Virus record (IMG/VR): IMGVR_UViG_3300043812_000016
Coordinates: 1-64,000 of that record
Direction: 5' to 3' (one strand)
DNA length: 64,000 bases
DNA from: a virus
Lineage: Duplodnaviria; Caudoviricetes
In this document: positions 1-9,928 of the stretch, in pieces
How positions within the stretch are numbered: position 1 is the first letter of the stretch
Layout of the letters: every line of letters begins with the position of its first letter
Position numbers and translations under genes: made by a program
The notes under the pieces: model-generated
The model's input: only the letters and a program-made list of their open reading frames with translations
Database searches by the model: none
What the model was told of the DNA's origin: nothing

Positions 1-83
1 ACAACTAGATGAAAGTGGGATTTTAGACGACATTATGGATCCGAAAGCTATGCTCAAAAAATACAGTGAAAGAATGAAGTAGT

Positions 84-890
84 ATGATTACGTATAAGAA
101 GTTAAAAACATCTCGGGCAATGGCTAACCACATAGAAAACTACCACTTAATTAGCATGAGTATTAGTCAAGCCAAAGATGTAGGTCAAAGAGGTTTTACT
201 TATCTAGTTGCTCAACCCCGTTTTAGTAAAGACTTAGAACTATTACAATTCAGCACTTTTTCAAGTCAAGAAATGCTAGAATGGAATTTGAAGAATGACC
301 CCTCCGGTCTGTTTGAGGAAAGTGAACCCCATGAATGGACTTTTCTAAATAAGGTACCCCGTTATTATGAGTATCGAGAATTTAAAGTTGATAATCATGA
401 CTATACGATTGTTAAGCTTTACTATGACCAATACGTGTTTAACCTATTAATGGGGGAAAGGGAGTATCTAATTACCCCACTAATTAAGCCTAGTTGGGAT
501 GATAAAGATATTAGTCTTTATAATTTGTCTGAGTTAATTAATTTAGGTTTATTAGGACGAGTAACTAAATTAATGTTTAACAGTACGCCGATATTTTTTA
601 GCGAGATTAAAGACTTAGACTCTAGCGTAGTAAGAACTACCTATTTTAATGCTTATGGTATTGATATTAGAAATAATTACCATATGTTATTAGATACTAA
701 ACCTTTAACATTGGTTAATTGCGATTCTAGTGCTTGGAAAAAATTAGACGGAACTAATTCCGAGGAGTCCTTAAATAAATTTATCAAAGGCGAAAGCGCA
801 CTAGAAACAGAAATTACACTTCGAGGTACAGAAGGAAACTTATTGATAATGGTGGTTAGTATGTTAACTGCTACTAATAAACTAGACTAA
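84..890 (+). CDS. hypothetical phage protein
   Basis: 268-aa ORF, no recognisable motif; followed by a terminator-like hairpin (~918-943). Confidence 0.7.
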   Translation: MITYKKLKTSRAMANHIENYHLISMSISQAKDVGQRGFTYLVAQPRFSKDLELLQFSTFSSQEMLEWNLKNDPSGLFEESEPHEWTFLNKVPRYYEYREFKVDNHDYTIVKLYYDQYVFNLLMGEREYLITPLIKPSWDDKDISLYNLSELINLGLLGRVTKLMFNSTPIFFSEIKDLDSSVVRTTYFNAYGIDIRNNYHMLLDTKPLTLVNCDSSAWKKLDGTNSEESLNKFIKGESALETEITLRGTEGNLLIMVVSMLTATNKLD

Positions 891-972
891 TATTATATTA
901 ATTTTCGAGTACCAGAGGGAATCCAGTAAAATGGGTTCCTTTTATATTATATTAATTTTCGAGTACCAGAGG
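891..972. repeat. ~28-bp direct repeat (tattatattaatttt(t)cgagtaccagagg) x2 around a hairpin
   Basis: copies at 891-918 and ~945-972 read directly. Confidence 0.8.
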
Positions 973-1143
973 TTTTTTAAGAAAAAAGACAGATTAAAAA
1001 ATGTGTTGTTTTACCTTGACTTCTATTGATTAGTGTGGTATTTATAAGCGTGTTAAATTTGTCCTATTTGCTATTATATGAAGAAAATAATCTAAAAAAT
1101 TGTGTATCTGTTGAGTGAGTAGGGGTTATAGTTACCAAACCAG

Positions 1144-1330
1144 ATAAAAATTAAAATTAGGGCTTGCATTTCGTTAAAAGTATGCTATTATAAAAGTGTA
1201 ATAAGAAACAAGGATTTATTTCAAGAGTTAAGCTTAAACTCTTAATTATTTAGAAAAAGGGTTGACAATAATAACTAACAATGTTATTATATAATTGTAA
1301 TAAGGAAGGAAGTAATAATTATGACTAACA
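1144..1330 (+). repeat. ~185-bp dual-promoter cassette, copy 1 (copy 2 at 7312-7498)
   Basis: TTGCAT-17-TATTAT promoter, palindrome, TTGACA-17-TATTAT promoter, RBS, ATGACTAA; near-identical to 7312-7498. Confidence 0.85.
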
Positions 1331-1716
1331 ATGAAATCATGAATGCTATTAATCAAATGGAATTAAAGAGTGCGCAAGTTCAAGCCTTAAGCGCTATTGA
1401 CCTTGAAAATCGTGTTAATGATACAGTTAACGATTTATACAAGGGGGACTTTGATGGTTTCATGGAAGAAGATGAAACTGGACTTCGTGAGTGCTGGACT
1501 GAACTCGATGATTGGTATAATAACCATGACAATGATGAAACGCCTATTGCTTTATGGTTGTTTAACTGGATGGATGCAAGTGAGAAGTATATTTTTTTAG
1601 AAAATGTTAATTCTACAATCTTACATGATTACCTTGGTGTTGATGGTGTCAATCTATATTATCGTAATAATATACTAGACTTAAAAGATAATTATATTAC
1701 TAATATTTTTAACTAA
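1321..1716 (+). CDS. early hypothetical protein (acidic)
   Basis: own promoter and RBS aaggaaggaag. Confidence 0.8.
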   Translation: MTNNEIMNAINQMELKSAQVQALSAIDLENRVNDTVNDLYKGDFDGFMEEDETGLRECWTELDDWYNNHDNDETPIALWLFNWMDASEKYIFLENVNSTILHDYLGVDGVNLYYRNNILDLKDNYITNIFN

Positions 1717-1859
1717 TTTTTTAACATTATCTATTGACAATAATAACTAGCAATGTTATTATAATAATGTAATAAGGAACAAGGATTTATTTCAAGAGTT
1801 GAGCTTAAACTCTTAAGTGTTTAGACTGTAAATTTAATAAGAAAAGGAAGTATATTAAA

Positions 1860-2267
1860 ATGGATAACATTACAAAAACATTTAATCACAATTTAGAACT
1901 CAAAAAAGACTTATGCAAGAAGGATGCAAAAACATTGAAACAACTTGAATACTTAGAAAAAGCCTTTGACCTTGTTTCTGAAAGTAAATTTGATAAGGCT
2001 TTGGATGTTCTTACAAGTGGAAAAGCGGGGTCAAAAATTGCGATTGATGTTTTAAGTCAATACATCCAAAAATTTGAACTCAATAATTATAATAAAATAC
2101 AGTACAATGTACTCGGTATCCATGAAGTTGACGTTAACAATTTAGTCAATGAAAAATGGTGGAAAGTAGTAGAATTAGACAATACTAAAAAAGTTATTAC
2201 TATTGCTAAGACTAGCAAAAAATTACAATACGATTTAATAAATTATTTATCGATATATTTTAAATAA
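1860..2267 (+). CDS. early hypothetical protein
   Basis: own promoter, RBS aaaggaag. Confidence 0.8.
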   Translation: MDNITKTFNHNLELKKDLCKKDAKTLKQLEYLEKAFDLVSESKFDKALDVLTSGKAGSKIAIDVLSQYIQKFELNNYNKIQYNVLGIHEVDVNNLVNEKWWKVVELDNTKKVITIAKTSKKLQYDLINYLSIYFK

Positions 2268-2334
2268 TCTATTGACAATACTAACCAACAATGTTATTAT
2301 AATGATGTAAGATAAAGAAAAGGAAGTAATCAAA

Positions 2335-2625
2335 ATGACTAATGTGGAATTAACTAATAAAATCATGGAACTTGTAGACTTTGTGCTTGAAGGCGATGAT
2401 ATTACAATCGACCTTGATTTATTGAACGTTTATTATGAAGGCAATTGGCTTTTTGACTATGATAGCACCGACAAAAACGATGTATTAATCTACACGACTA
2501 ATAACAGTGGTACACACAAGCTATTGATTAACCGTAACAATCCTACTAATAAGGAATTAGAAAAAGTTAGTCAAGTAATTACTGATAGCCTTAACACGGT
2601 TGAAGCATTAATTGAGAGTAGATAA
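2335..2625 (+). CDS. early hypothetical protein
   Basis: own promoter and RBS. Confidence 0.8.
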   Translation: MTNVELTNKIMELVDFVLEGDDITIDLDLLNVYYEGNWLFDYDSTDKNDVLIYTTNNSGTHKLLINRNNPTNKELEKVSQVITDSLNTVEALIESR

Positions 2626-2639
2626 AAGGGGGGGCAATT

Positions 2640-2837
2640 ATGAATGAAAGGGACAACCGCCGTAATTATGTACGTGATAAACAGATTCCAGAATCTTATA
2701 AAAAGATCAAAAAAATAATTATTATCTGTTTACTGGTGCTTGTTACTCCTATTATCGTGTTATCTATGCTTGACCCTGCTAACTGGTGGATAATTATTTT
2801 TGTAACAATTATGACACCATTGTGGGTAAGAAGATAA
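2640..2837 (+). CDS. small membrane protein
   Basis: two hydrophobic segments, G-rich RBS. Confidence 0.7.
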   Translation: MNERDNRRNYVRDKQIPESYKKIKKIIIICLLVLVTPIIVLSMLDPANWWIIIFVTIMTPLWVRR

Positions 2838-3244
2838 AGGGGGTTGACTGGATTGTGTTAACCTTAAAAGATTTTTTCAAAATCAAACCGCAAAACAAGC
2901 CTAAGTCTATGTATAGTTTTTACCGTTCGTATATGATTAACATGGATGACTACACAAAACCAGATTCAGAAACTAATCTAATTACATTCAAGGCGTTAGA
3001 TTATGAACTAAGACAAGTAATTAGGATCGATACTATTAAAATCTATGCTCCTAACTTCTCCAGTTGTCTATTAGTTTGGCAACCCCGCTACAAAAGAATG
3101 TTAACCGTTTTCGATAATTATATCTTTATTAATAATGTATTTATTGATTTACTAACAAATCAAAGAGAATACGGACACTCGTATAATATGTATAATTCTT
3201 TGAAATTCTTAAAAGACAAGGATTTTAAAATTCCCAAAAAATAA
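2786..3244 (+). CDS. hypothetical protein (start probably GTG 2855)
   Basis: ORF with RBS aaaggggg upstream of 2855. Confidence 0.65.
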   Translation: MDNYFCNNYDTIVGKKIKGVDWIVLTLKDFFKIKPQNKPKSMYSFYRSYMINMDDYTKPDSETNLITFKALDYELRQVIRIDTIKIYAPNFSSCLLVWQPRYKRMLTVFDNYIFINNVFIDLLTNQREYGHSYNMYNSLKFLKDKDFKIPKK

Positions 3245-3324
3245 TATGTAATTAGTATTGACAATATAACACAATAATGTTATTATTATAATGTAAGATA
3301 AATAAAGAAAAGGAAGTTATAAAA

Positions 3325-3618
3325 ATGACTAATGTAATTAGATTTGAACTTGTAAAAGTTGCCCCCCAGACTGAATTGGCAATCGAAAAGGGGGAGTATC
3401 GTATACGAAATAAATTTGGTGAAGTTGTTCCTGCTTGCAAATTAAGCATAGTTGTTAAAGATATGACTAAGGCAAAACTTATCTTACAAGGAAATGATAC
3501 TATTATCAATGGTAAAGGATTTTATATTAGTGGTGAAAATAAACTAACTTTAGATTGTTATAATAATAAACAAGTAGATAATTTAGTTAATTATTATCGA
3601 AAGGTATTTAGCTTATAA
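3325..3618 (+). CDS. early hypothetical protein
   Basis: own promoter and RBS. Confidence 0.8.
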   Translation: MTNVIRFELVKVAPQTELAIEKGEYRIRNKFGEVVPACKLSIVVKDMTKAKLILQGNDTIINGKGFYISGENKLTLDCYNNKQVDNLVNYYRKVFSL

Positions 3619-3727
3619 AAAAAAACTAAACTTAAACTCTTAATTATTTAGAAAAACTATTGACAATAATAACCAACAATGTTATTATTATAATGTAATA
3701 AGGAATTAAGAAAAGGAAGTTATCAAA

Positions 3728-4000
3728 ATGAAACGCTTAACTGAACAACAAGAAGTCAATATTTACGCTTGCGACAAATTCCATGAATTGGCTGGTATGG
3801 TTTCCCGCTATCTTAAGGTACGGGCGATGATTGACTATAAAGCAATTGATGACCCTGTTAACATTGTTGAACACGTTCTCGTAGTCAATAACTCATGGCA
3901 ATTAATGACCCCACGGGAACAAGAAGAAGTTCTGCTTTGCGGTTCAAGCTGGGAGTTAGCTAAAAAATTAGCTGATCGGATTAATCGATTAGAAGCATAA
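3728..4000 (+). CDS. early hypothetical protein, paralog of 7490-7744
   Basis: own promoter/RBS; shares VNxSWQLxTPxEQE and RIxR motifs. Confidence 0.8.
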   Translation: MKRLTEQQEVNIYACDKFHELAGMVSRYLKVRAMIDYKAIDDPVNIVEHVLVVNNSWQLMTPREQEEVLLCGSSWELAKKLADRINRLEA

Positions 4001-4029
4001 TATTAAAATAAGAAAAGGAAGTTATAAAA

Positions 4030-4383
4030 ATGAAAATCTACAAACTACCAGAGTATGGTGATTCCCGTTTTTACAAGCATTTTGTTTATTCAAAGGCTAA
4101 TGATTACGAAAAGGCTAGTCTTTACTCCGTTACCTATGAACACGTTTTGACTGATTGGGAAGGTAACATTGAGGGGTCAAGTACTAACCTTAATGAATTA
4201 GCTAATAAGCTAGAATTAGGCTATTATCCAGAAGATACGCTACAAGAAGAGTATCTATTGGTTAATGGTGAGAATGCTATTAAGGGCTTGCTCAAAGATT
4301 ACCCTTTACCTATTCAACAAGAATTAAAAAGTTATAAACAAACACCTGCGGGTATTTATTTCAAACCTTATTCAATTTTTTAA
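4030..4383 (+). CDS. early hypothetical protein
   Basis: RBS aaaaggaag. Confidence 0.8.
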   Translation: MKIYKLPEYGDSRFYKHFVYSKANDYEKASLYSVTYEHVLTDWEGNIEGSSTNLNELANKLELGYYPEDTLQEEYLLVNGENAIKGLLKDYPLPIQQELKSYKQTPAGIYFKPYSIF

Positions 4384-4517
4384 TATTATCTATTGACAAT
4401 ATAACACAATAATGTTATTATAATAATGTAATAAGGAACAAGGATTATTTCAAGAGTTGAGCTTAAACTCTTAAGTGTTTAGACTTTATTTATTAATAAA
4501 GGAAGGAAGTAATAAAA

Positions 4518-4829
4518 ATGATTATTGAAACATATATGAACAACCTTAATCAAGAGTGTGGAATTGCTGAAGATTTGGATTTTGATAATTTTGATAGTAA
4601 TTCTCGACTATTTGTTAATAATAAAAATCAAGTCTACTTTGGAATGATTGTTAACTATTATGGTGATATTCAAGTTGTTAATCTTATAACTGGTGATTTT
4701 GGATTTTTTGACCTAGAAAACAACCAACTAGAAAAAGAGGGTAAAATGAAAGTTACTTATTTTATGAAAGATTTAAACCGTTATTTATTACAAGAATTTG
4801 ACTATGATAATATTATCGAACATATTTAA
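4518..4829 (+). CDS. early hypothetical protein
   Basis: own promoter and RBS. Confidence 0.8.
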   Translation: MIIETYMNNLNQECGIAEDLDFDNFDSNSRLFVNNKNQVYFGMIVNYYGDIQVVNLITGDFGFFDLENNQLEKEGKMKVTYFMKDLNRYLLQEFDYDNIIEHI

Positions 4830-4906
4830 TTTTTTAATTTAATCTATTGACAATATAACAAAACAATGTTATTATAATAATGTAATAAAGAAAGGGAGTT
4901 ATAATT

Positions 4907-5218
4907 ATGACTAATAATGTATATACTATCGAAGACTGGAACAATGAAGCAACTGGTGGATTAAATCCAAAGCTATTTCAAGAAGTTGACCATGAAATCT
5001 ATTCTCAAATGTATGAAGTTTTGCCACCTTATCCATTAAAGGAAGAAGTAGAAAAGAAACTAGAAAATCAATTAGGAATTAAGTTTGTCCAAACGTTTTG
5101 CATGGGTGAAGCTTATACAACGGATGATGAAGATAATTACTTATATATGAGTTTTGCTAAAACAAAAGATAACACTTGTATTTATCTAGGTTTACAACGT
5201 GCAGAATATGACTATTAA
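4907..5218 (+). CDS. early hypothetical protein
   Basis: own promoter and RBS. Confidence 0.8.
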   Translation: MTNNVYTIEDWNNEATGGLNPKLFQEVDHEIYSQMYEVLPPYPLKEEVEKKLENQLGIKFVQTFCMGEAYTTDDEDNYLYMSFAKTKDNTCIYLGLQRAEYDY

Positions 5219-5239
5219 TAAGAAAAGGAAGTAAGTAAA

Positions 5240-5473
5240 ATGAGAATGATTAAAACTTCAACGGCAGGCTACATTTCAGTAATTCAGTTTGTATTAGGTG
5301 CTTGTTTCGGCTATTCAGTGATAGCGGGAATTATTGCAGGGTTAGTTACAAGTTTAATACTCAATTATTTTGGCGTTGATATTGAGCTTGAAAACTCACT
5401 AGATGAACAAGACAATAAAGAAGATGAAAATGGTGGGGAACCTGCTAAAACACGGGAAGAATTAAAAAAGTAG
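5240..5473 (+). CDS. small membrane protein
   Basis: hydrophobic N-half, acidic tail, RBS. Confidence 0.75.
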   Translation: MRMIKTSTAGYISVIQFVLGACFGYSVIAGIIAGLVTSLILNYFGVDIELENSLDEQDNKEDENGGEPAKTREELKK

Positions 5474-5498
5474 ATTGTATATGAAGTAATTAAAGGAG

Positions 5499-5690
5499 GT
5501 GATTAAAATGGAGCCTATTATAATGACGGGTAAAGATATGATTGATTTTCAAAACTCAGAAGGTGATAATTGTTATTTTGATAAAAATTATCAAGTAATT
5601 AATATTAACCCTAACTATAAGTATTTAGTAGGATTGGACGAAATCGAAAAGAATTCAATTGTATATAAAGTAATTAAAGAAGGTGATTAA
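5499..5690 (+). CDS. small hypothetical protein
   Basis: RBS aaggagg; terminator follows. Confidence 0.7.
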   Translation: MIKMEPIIMTGKDMIDFQNSEGDNCYFDKNYQVININPNYKYLVGLDEIEKNSIVYKVIKEGD

Positions 5691-5708
5691 TTTTACCTTC
5701 TTTTTTTG
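5679..5708 (+). terminator. intrinsic terminator
   Basis: gaaggtga...ttaccttc stem plus T7. Confidence 0.75.
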
Positions 5709-5739
5709 TCAAAGGGTATTAAGTTATTAATTACAGTAA

Positions 5740-5794
5740 GTTATTAAACTATATTCAGTTATTAAACTATATTCAGTTATTAAACTATATTCAG
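5740..5794. repeat. 3 x 18-bp perfect tandem repeat GTTATTAAACTATATTCA
   Basis: read directly; intergenic. Confidence 0.9.
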
Positions 5795-6015
5795 CCCTAA
5801 CTTCTTCCGTTGTAAAAGTCAAATAATAGATTAAAAAATTGTTGCAAATACAACATAATTTAGACAAACCTAACTTTATAACTTTATCCAGTAAAATCCT
5901 TGACTTCTTGCGGTTGTTATGATATAGAATAATCTTAAAATTGTATCTTTACAAAGTAAATGAAACATGATATAATATAATTGAAAGATAAGGAAAGGAA
6001 AGGGAAGTTATCACA

Positions 6016-6336
6016 ATGAAAAAAGGAATAGAACCAAAGGAAATTACTGTTAGTATTAATGGTAATAAAGACAAAATAAAAGTAAGCTATTTTAAAGATA
6101 GTAACAACTATTATATGAATCAGAATTATAAGAGTTTAGATGTTGGCGATATTGCACTAATAAAAGATAATACACTTCATTATATTGATAGTGTATACTA
6201 TAAGGAATTACACCGCCTTGACTCAATTCTGTTAAGTTATGATAATGCAGAATATAAGGATTTAAATAATAAATTATCTAACGTTATCTTTGAATTAAAG
6301 CAAAAACTAGTTAAAGAGTATAAGCTTTTCCAGTAA
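6016..6336 (+). CDS. hypothetical protein
   Basis: TTTACA/TATAAT promoter and strong RBS. Confidence 0.8.
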   Translation: MKKGIEPKEITVSINGNKDKIKVSYFKDSNNYYMNQNYKSLDVGDIALIKDNTLHYIDSVYYKELHRLDSILLSYDNAEYKDLNNKLSNVIFELKQKLVKEYKLFQ

Positions 6337-7080
6337 AGGGAATAAATTAAATAATTCACAATCAAGGGTAAAAACTGAGAATGTTATTATATCAACGTTC
6401 AGCAAGTTTTCACCCTTTTAATTTTATATATAAAAGATAAGCATAACAAGAGTAATTAGTGATGATTTTCACTAATTAAAAACAATAAAAAAGCCCTATA
6501 AAAGAAAATAAAAGCCCTTAATTAGAATAAAACAAACCAAAAACAAGCCTAACATAAGCTAATACAGACTATTAATAACAATAATAGCCGTGTATGAGAC
6601 TGGAACAACTCAATACTTGTTATATAAGAGCAATACATAACAATACTCAAACAATAAAAGACTAATTAAAGCCGAAAACATATAAATAAATTAATAAAAA
6701 TATTTTAACAACTGATAAATTTTAGAGTTAAAAAAGCCCCGTAAAGACTGGTATAATAGCATTCTTAATAAGTGGATCGATCCAATTAATTCTATAAATA
6801 CGTTGACAATACGATTACATAATGATATAATATAATTGAAAGTTAAGGAAGGGAAGTGATAAGGATAAAACTAAACTAATTAAACAACTGAATAATATGG
6901 ACTGTAACATTGAGGACAGAATATAGCTTGGATTAATTAGGGCTATACGGTGGATGTATATGATTAGGGAAGTAGACAATTGATTTTTAAAAAGGTACGG
7001 ATTACTCTAAACATATCTAGCTAACAACAACCAAAACGGTTTCCCTTACCAGCTATCTGGGCTTGTTCTATTTACCTTTC

Positions 7081-7115
7081 ATTATTATAATAACATTATT
7101 AGGCTTCATTGTCAA
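7081..7115 (-). promoter_or_regulatory. early-type promoter in reverse orientation
   Basis: reverse complement reads TTGACAatgaagcctaataatgtTATTAT. Confidence 0.75.
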
Positions 7116-7190
7116 TACTTATTTATAAAAAAGAAACTTGATTATCCTATAGCCCTATTTCTTTATATAACCCCGTATAATTCATTTTTA

Positions 7191-7263
7191 TGCTTTAATG
7201 ATAGATTATACCTAAACAGTGCTAAAACGCCTCAGAATAGCTTACATGGAAAATTAGGGCTAT
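7191..7263. repeat. ~73-bp dispersed motif, copy 1 (copy 2 at 8807-8878)
   Basis: shared tgctttaatgataRattaYacctaa...taaaacgcctcagaa...aattaRggctat. Confidence 0.8.
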
Positions 7264-7311
7264 TCTAGTTATTGTTTATCTAGTAGGTGCTATAATTGCT
7301 AAAATCAATCA

Positions 7312-7498
7312 ATAAAAATTAAAATTAGGGCTTGCATTATGTTAAAAGTATGCTATTATAAAAGTGTAATAAGAAACAAGGATTTATTTTAAGAGTTAAG
7401 CTTAAACTCTTAATTATTTAGAAAACCTATTGACAATCTAAACCAACAATGTTATTATTATAATGTAATAAAGAAAGGGAGTTATAAATATGACTAAT
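7312..7498 (+). repeat. dual-promoter cassette, copy 2
   Basis: near-identical to 1144-1330. Confidence 0.85.
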
Positions 7499-7744
7499 GA
7501 TATTAAAAATGTTCTGAATGATTTAGCTAACAAGGTAAGGGAAGCAACTAATGCTAGTATCAGTTTACAGACTGTACATGATAATGCTAACATTTTTCCA
7601 CAAAATCTAATTGTTAACGATAGTTGGCAATTGCTTACACCAAAGGAGCAGGAACAGTTACAAGCCAATGGAATCACTAATAATTTAGTTATCAAACTAA
7701 TTAATAGAATTGATAGAATTGAAGAATTTAACAAACTAAAATAA
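7490..7744 (+). CDS. early hypothetical protein, paralog of 3728-4000
   Basis: LIVNDSWQLLTPKEQE vs LVVNNSWQLMTPREQE. Confidence 0.8.
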   Translation: MTNDIKNVLNDLANKVREATNASISLQTVHDNANIFPQNLIVNDSWQLLTPKEQEQLQANGITNNLVIKLINRIDRIEEFNKLK

Positions 7745-7833
7745 TCAGACCAGATAAAAATTTAAATAAACTATTGACAATAATAACTAACAATGTTATT
7801 ATTATAATGTAATAAGAAAAGGAAGTAATAAAA

Positions 7834-8147
7834 ATGGAAAAGTTAACAGACAATGTAAAAACTGAATTAGTTAGTCTTATAGAAACAACTTATGGTGAAG
7901 CTATTTTACAATGAAACGGGGTAAAGAAGAAAAAGAACTTGTCATCGCTAACACTGGATTGTCAGAAGTAGTGTATGAATCCGCTATTGATTATTATATG
8001 TATGACTTAAATTGGACTCAAGAACAATTTGATCATTATTGGGAAAACGGGGGCGAAGATAAGGAAATCGATAATTACATTGAAGGGACCGTTGATTATT
8101 ACGATGATGAGTCTACGTGGGAAGAATTGACATACAAAATTAAATAA
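7834..8147 (+). CDS. acidic early protein (apparent frameshift near 7905)
   Basis: promoter and RBS at 7774-7833, ATG 7834 frame shifts into ORF 7911-8147. Confidence 0.6.
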
Positions 8148-8213
8148 AACTATTGACAATAATAACCAACAATGTTATTATTATAATGTAATAAAGAAAA
8201 GGAAGTAATTAAA

Positions 8214-8632
8214 ATGACTGAAGAATTTAACTACAACACTATGTTATCAACTATTGCGGATGAATGGAAAACGGAAGCAATTCGCTTGAAGATATTCAAA
8301 TGAATACTACTAGCAACGATTTATGGATTATTGGAACCTATAAGGCTTCACAAGCCCTTGAAGAGTTTGGTGAAGAAGATCAGCTTTATGCAAGCACTAT
8401 TTTAAACGGTGTCTTTGGTGCTATTGAATACGTCAAGATTATGAAACTGAACAAATTTGGATTAGTTAATACGGATTTAACCGACCCTGAAAAGGTTGCT
8501 AATATGGTTGCATAATTAACATGATATGTGTTAACTGATTTAAGTGTAGTTTGATTGATTTGAGAAGAATTAACCGACCAGCAAGCTAATAGCATTGTAA
8601 ACTACATTAATGATCAATTAGGATTTGAATAA
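8214..8632 (+). pseudogene. early gene broken by several frameshifts (likely sequence errors)
   Basis: promoter, RBS, ATG 8214; fragments include ORF 8264-8515; terminator ~8637-8662. Confidence 0.5.
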
Positions 8633-8973
8633 TATTCAAGGGCTTTTCATAAGTCCTTTTTTATTTTGCTTCTTTTATTATCCTTATCTATGCAGGGGAT
8701 GGATTGTTGCAATTGCAACATTATTATAGTTCATCCCCTTTGTCCTTGCCTATTTAACTCAATCTATTATTATTTTAGTCTGTTAGCTTGTCTGTGCTTG
8801 TCTTATTGCTTTAATGATAAATTACACCTAACTATCATAAAACGCCTCAGAAAGCCTTATACAAGCAATTAAGGCTATATGATAATTAACCTTTTATTTT
8901 ATATTTATGTATTGACAATATAAAATGCTTATTGTATTATAATAATGTAAGATAAAGAAAAGGAAGTATTATC

Positions 8974-9186
8974 ATGACTTTATTAATTAGTGTATATAAC
9001 TTGTTCTACCTGCTTGCTAGTGCTTTGCTTAGCTTACTTGAGCTAACTTGTAAAACTACTGCTAAATTACTCAATATTGACTACTCGACTGCTTGCGCTG
9101 GTGTCTGCACTGTATTAGTAAGCTTTGCTGGTGCTGGTTTATTGTTGATTGTCTTATTCCTAAAATTAAAATTTAACCTAATCTAA
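8974..9186 (+). CDS. small hydrophobic/membrane protein
   Basis: promoter 8912, RBS, terminator ~9195-9230. Confidence 0.65.
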   Translation: MTLLISVYNLFYLLASALLSLLELTCKTTAKLLNIDYSTACAGVCTVLVSFAGAGLLLIVLFLKLKFNLI

Positions 9187-9521
9187 CTATTAACTCCTTT
9201 GGTACTTTTTACCGAAGGGGCTTTTTTATTTTGCTGGGTAGGCTTGCTAGTCTTTAATACTAGATAATACAGTTGAGACCACACCCCCGTTAGTCTTGAA
9301 GGCTAGGTACTGGAGGGGTGGTCATTCGCTCTGCCTAGGGTCATAAGAAAAATATTTTCTAAATCCTAGCATTTTCCATAGATTCATGAACAGCTATCTA
9401 TATCTTTATCTTGCCCCTAGTACACCCCCGTCTTTTTAACTAACCTAAATTTGAATAAGGAAACAAAACAAAAAAGACCAAAATCTAATAATAAAATTTT
9501 TGGTCTCTAATACATTGTTCA

Positions 9522-9716
9522 CTAAGCTTGTTGTAAATAATCAACGTCAACATCAATTGGCTTATATCTATACTGATCCAAGCCTATTTTCTTAATTGTG
9601 GCAACCATCTTTCGTGTTCCATTAACGTGCTTAATTTCTAAAATATTATATAAGTCACCAACTAACTTAACCGGCTGTTTATTCTTCATTGCTAATCTAG
9701 CTTGTGTTGTTAACAT
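9522..9716 (-). CDS. hypothetical protein
   Basis: ORF with RBS gagggtgg. Confidence 0.65.
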   Translation of the reverse strand: MLTTQARLAMKNKQPVKLVGDLYNILEIKHVNGTRKMVATIKKIGLDQYRYKPIDVDVDYLQQA

Positions 9717-9928
9717 TATTCCACCCTCTTATAAGTTTTCTCAAATATATCCTTGTCAATAGCCCAAACCTCTTCTTGAGCTGAACTAATCTCAGTTAAG
9801 TCAATATCAACATAGCTAACCTCATCTCCTCAATTTATAAAAGAACTGTATGTCTGTAAGCAATTCTTTAGTAGCAGACTCTGAAAGTCCAATTACATTA
9901 TTTTCAATGAAATCCTCAAACATAGACT

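Larger units (their letters stand above)
1262..8945 (+). promoter_or_regulatory. array of early sigma70-type promoters, consensus TTGACAat-N-aatgtTATTAT
   Basis: TTGACA at 1262, 1734, 2272, 3258, 3660, 4393, 4847, 6803, 7430, 7774, 8153, 8912, with ~17-nt spacer and TATTAT/TATAAT -10 (mostly TG-extended), followed by an AAGGAAG-type RBS. Confidence 0.9.

Noticed and set aside
1262-8945. Repeated ~45-bp units separated by unique DNA as a CRISPR- or integron-like array
   Set aside because: The repeats are sigma70 promoters + RBS and the spacers are whole genes; no cas or integrase gene.
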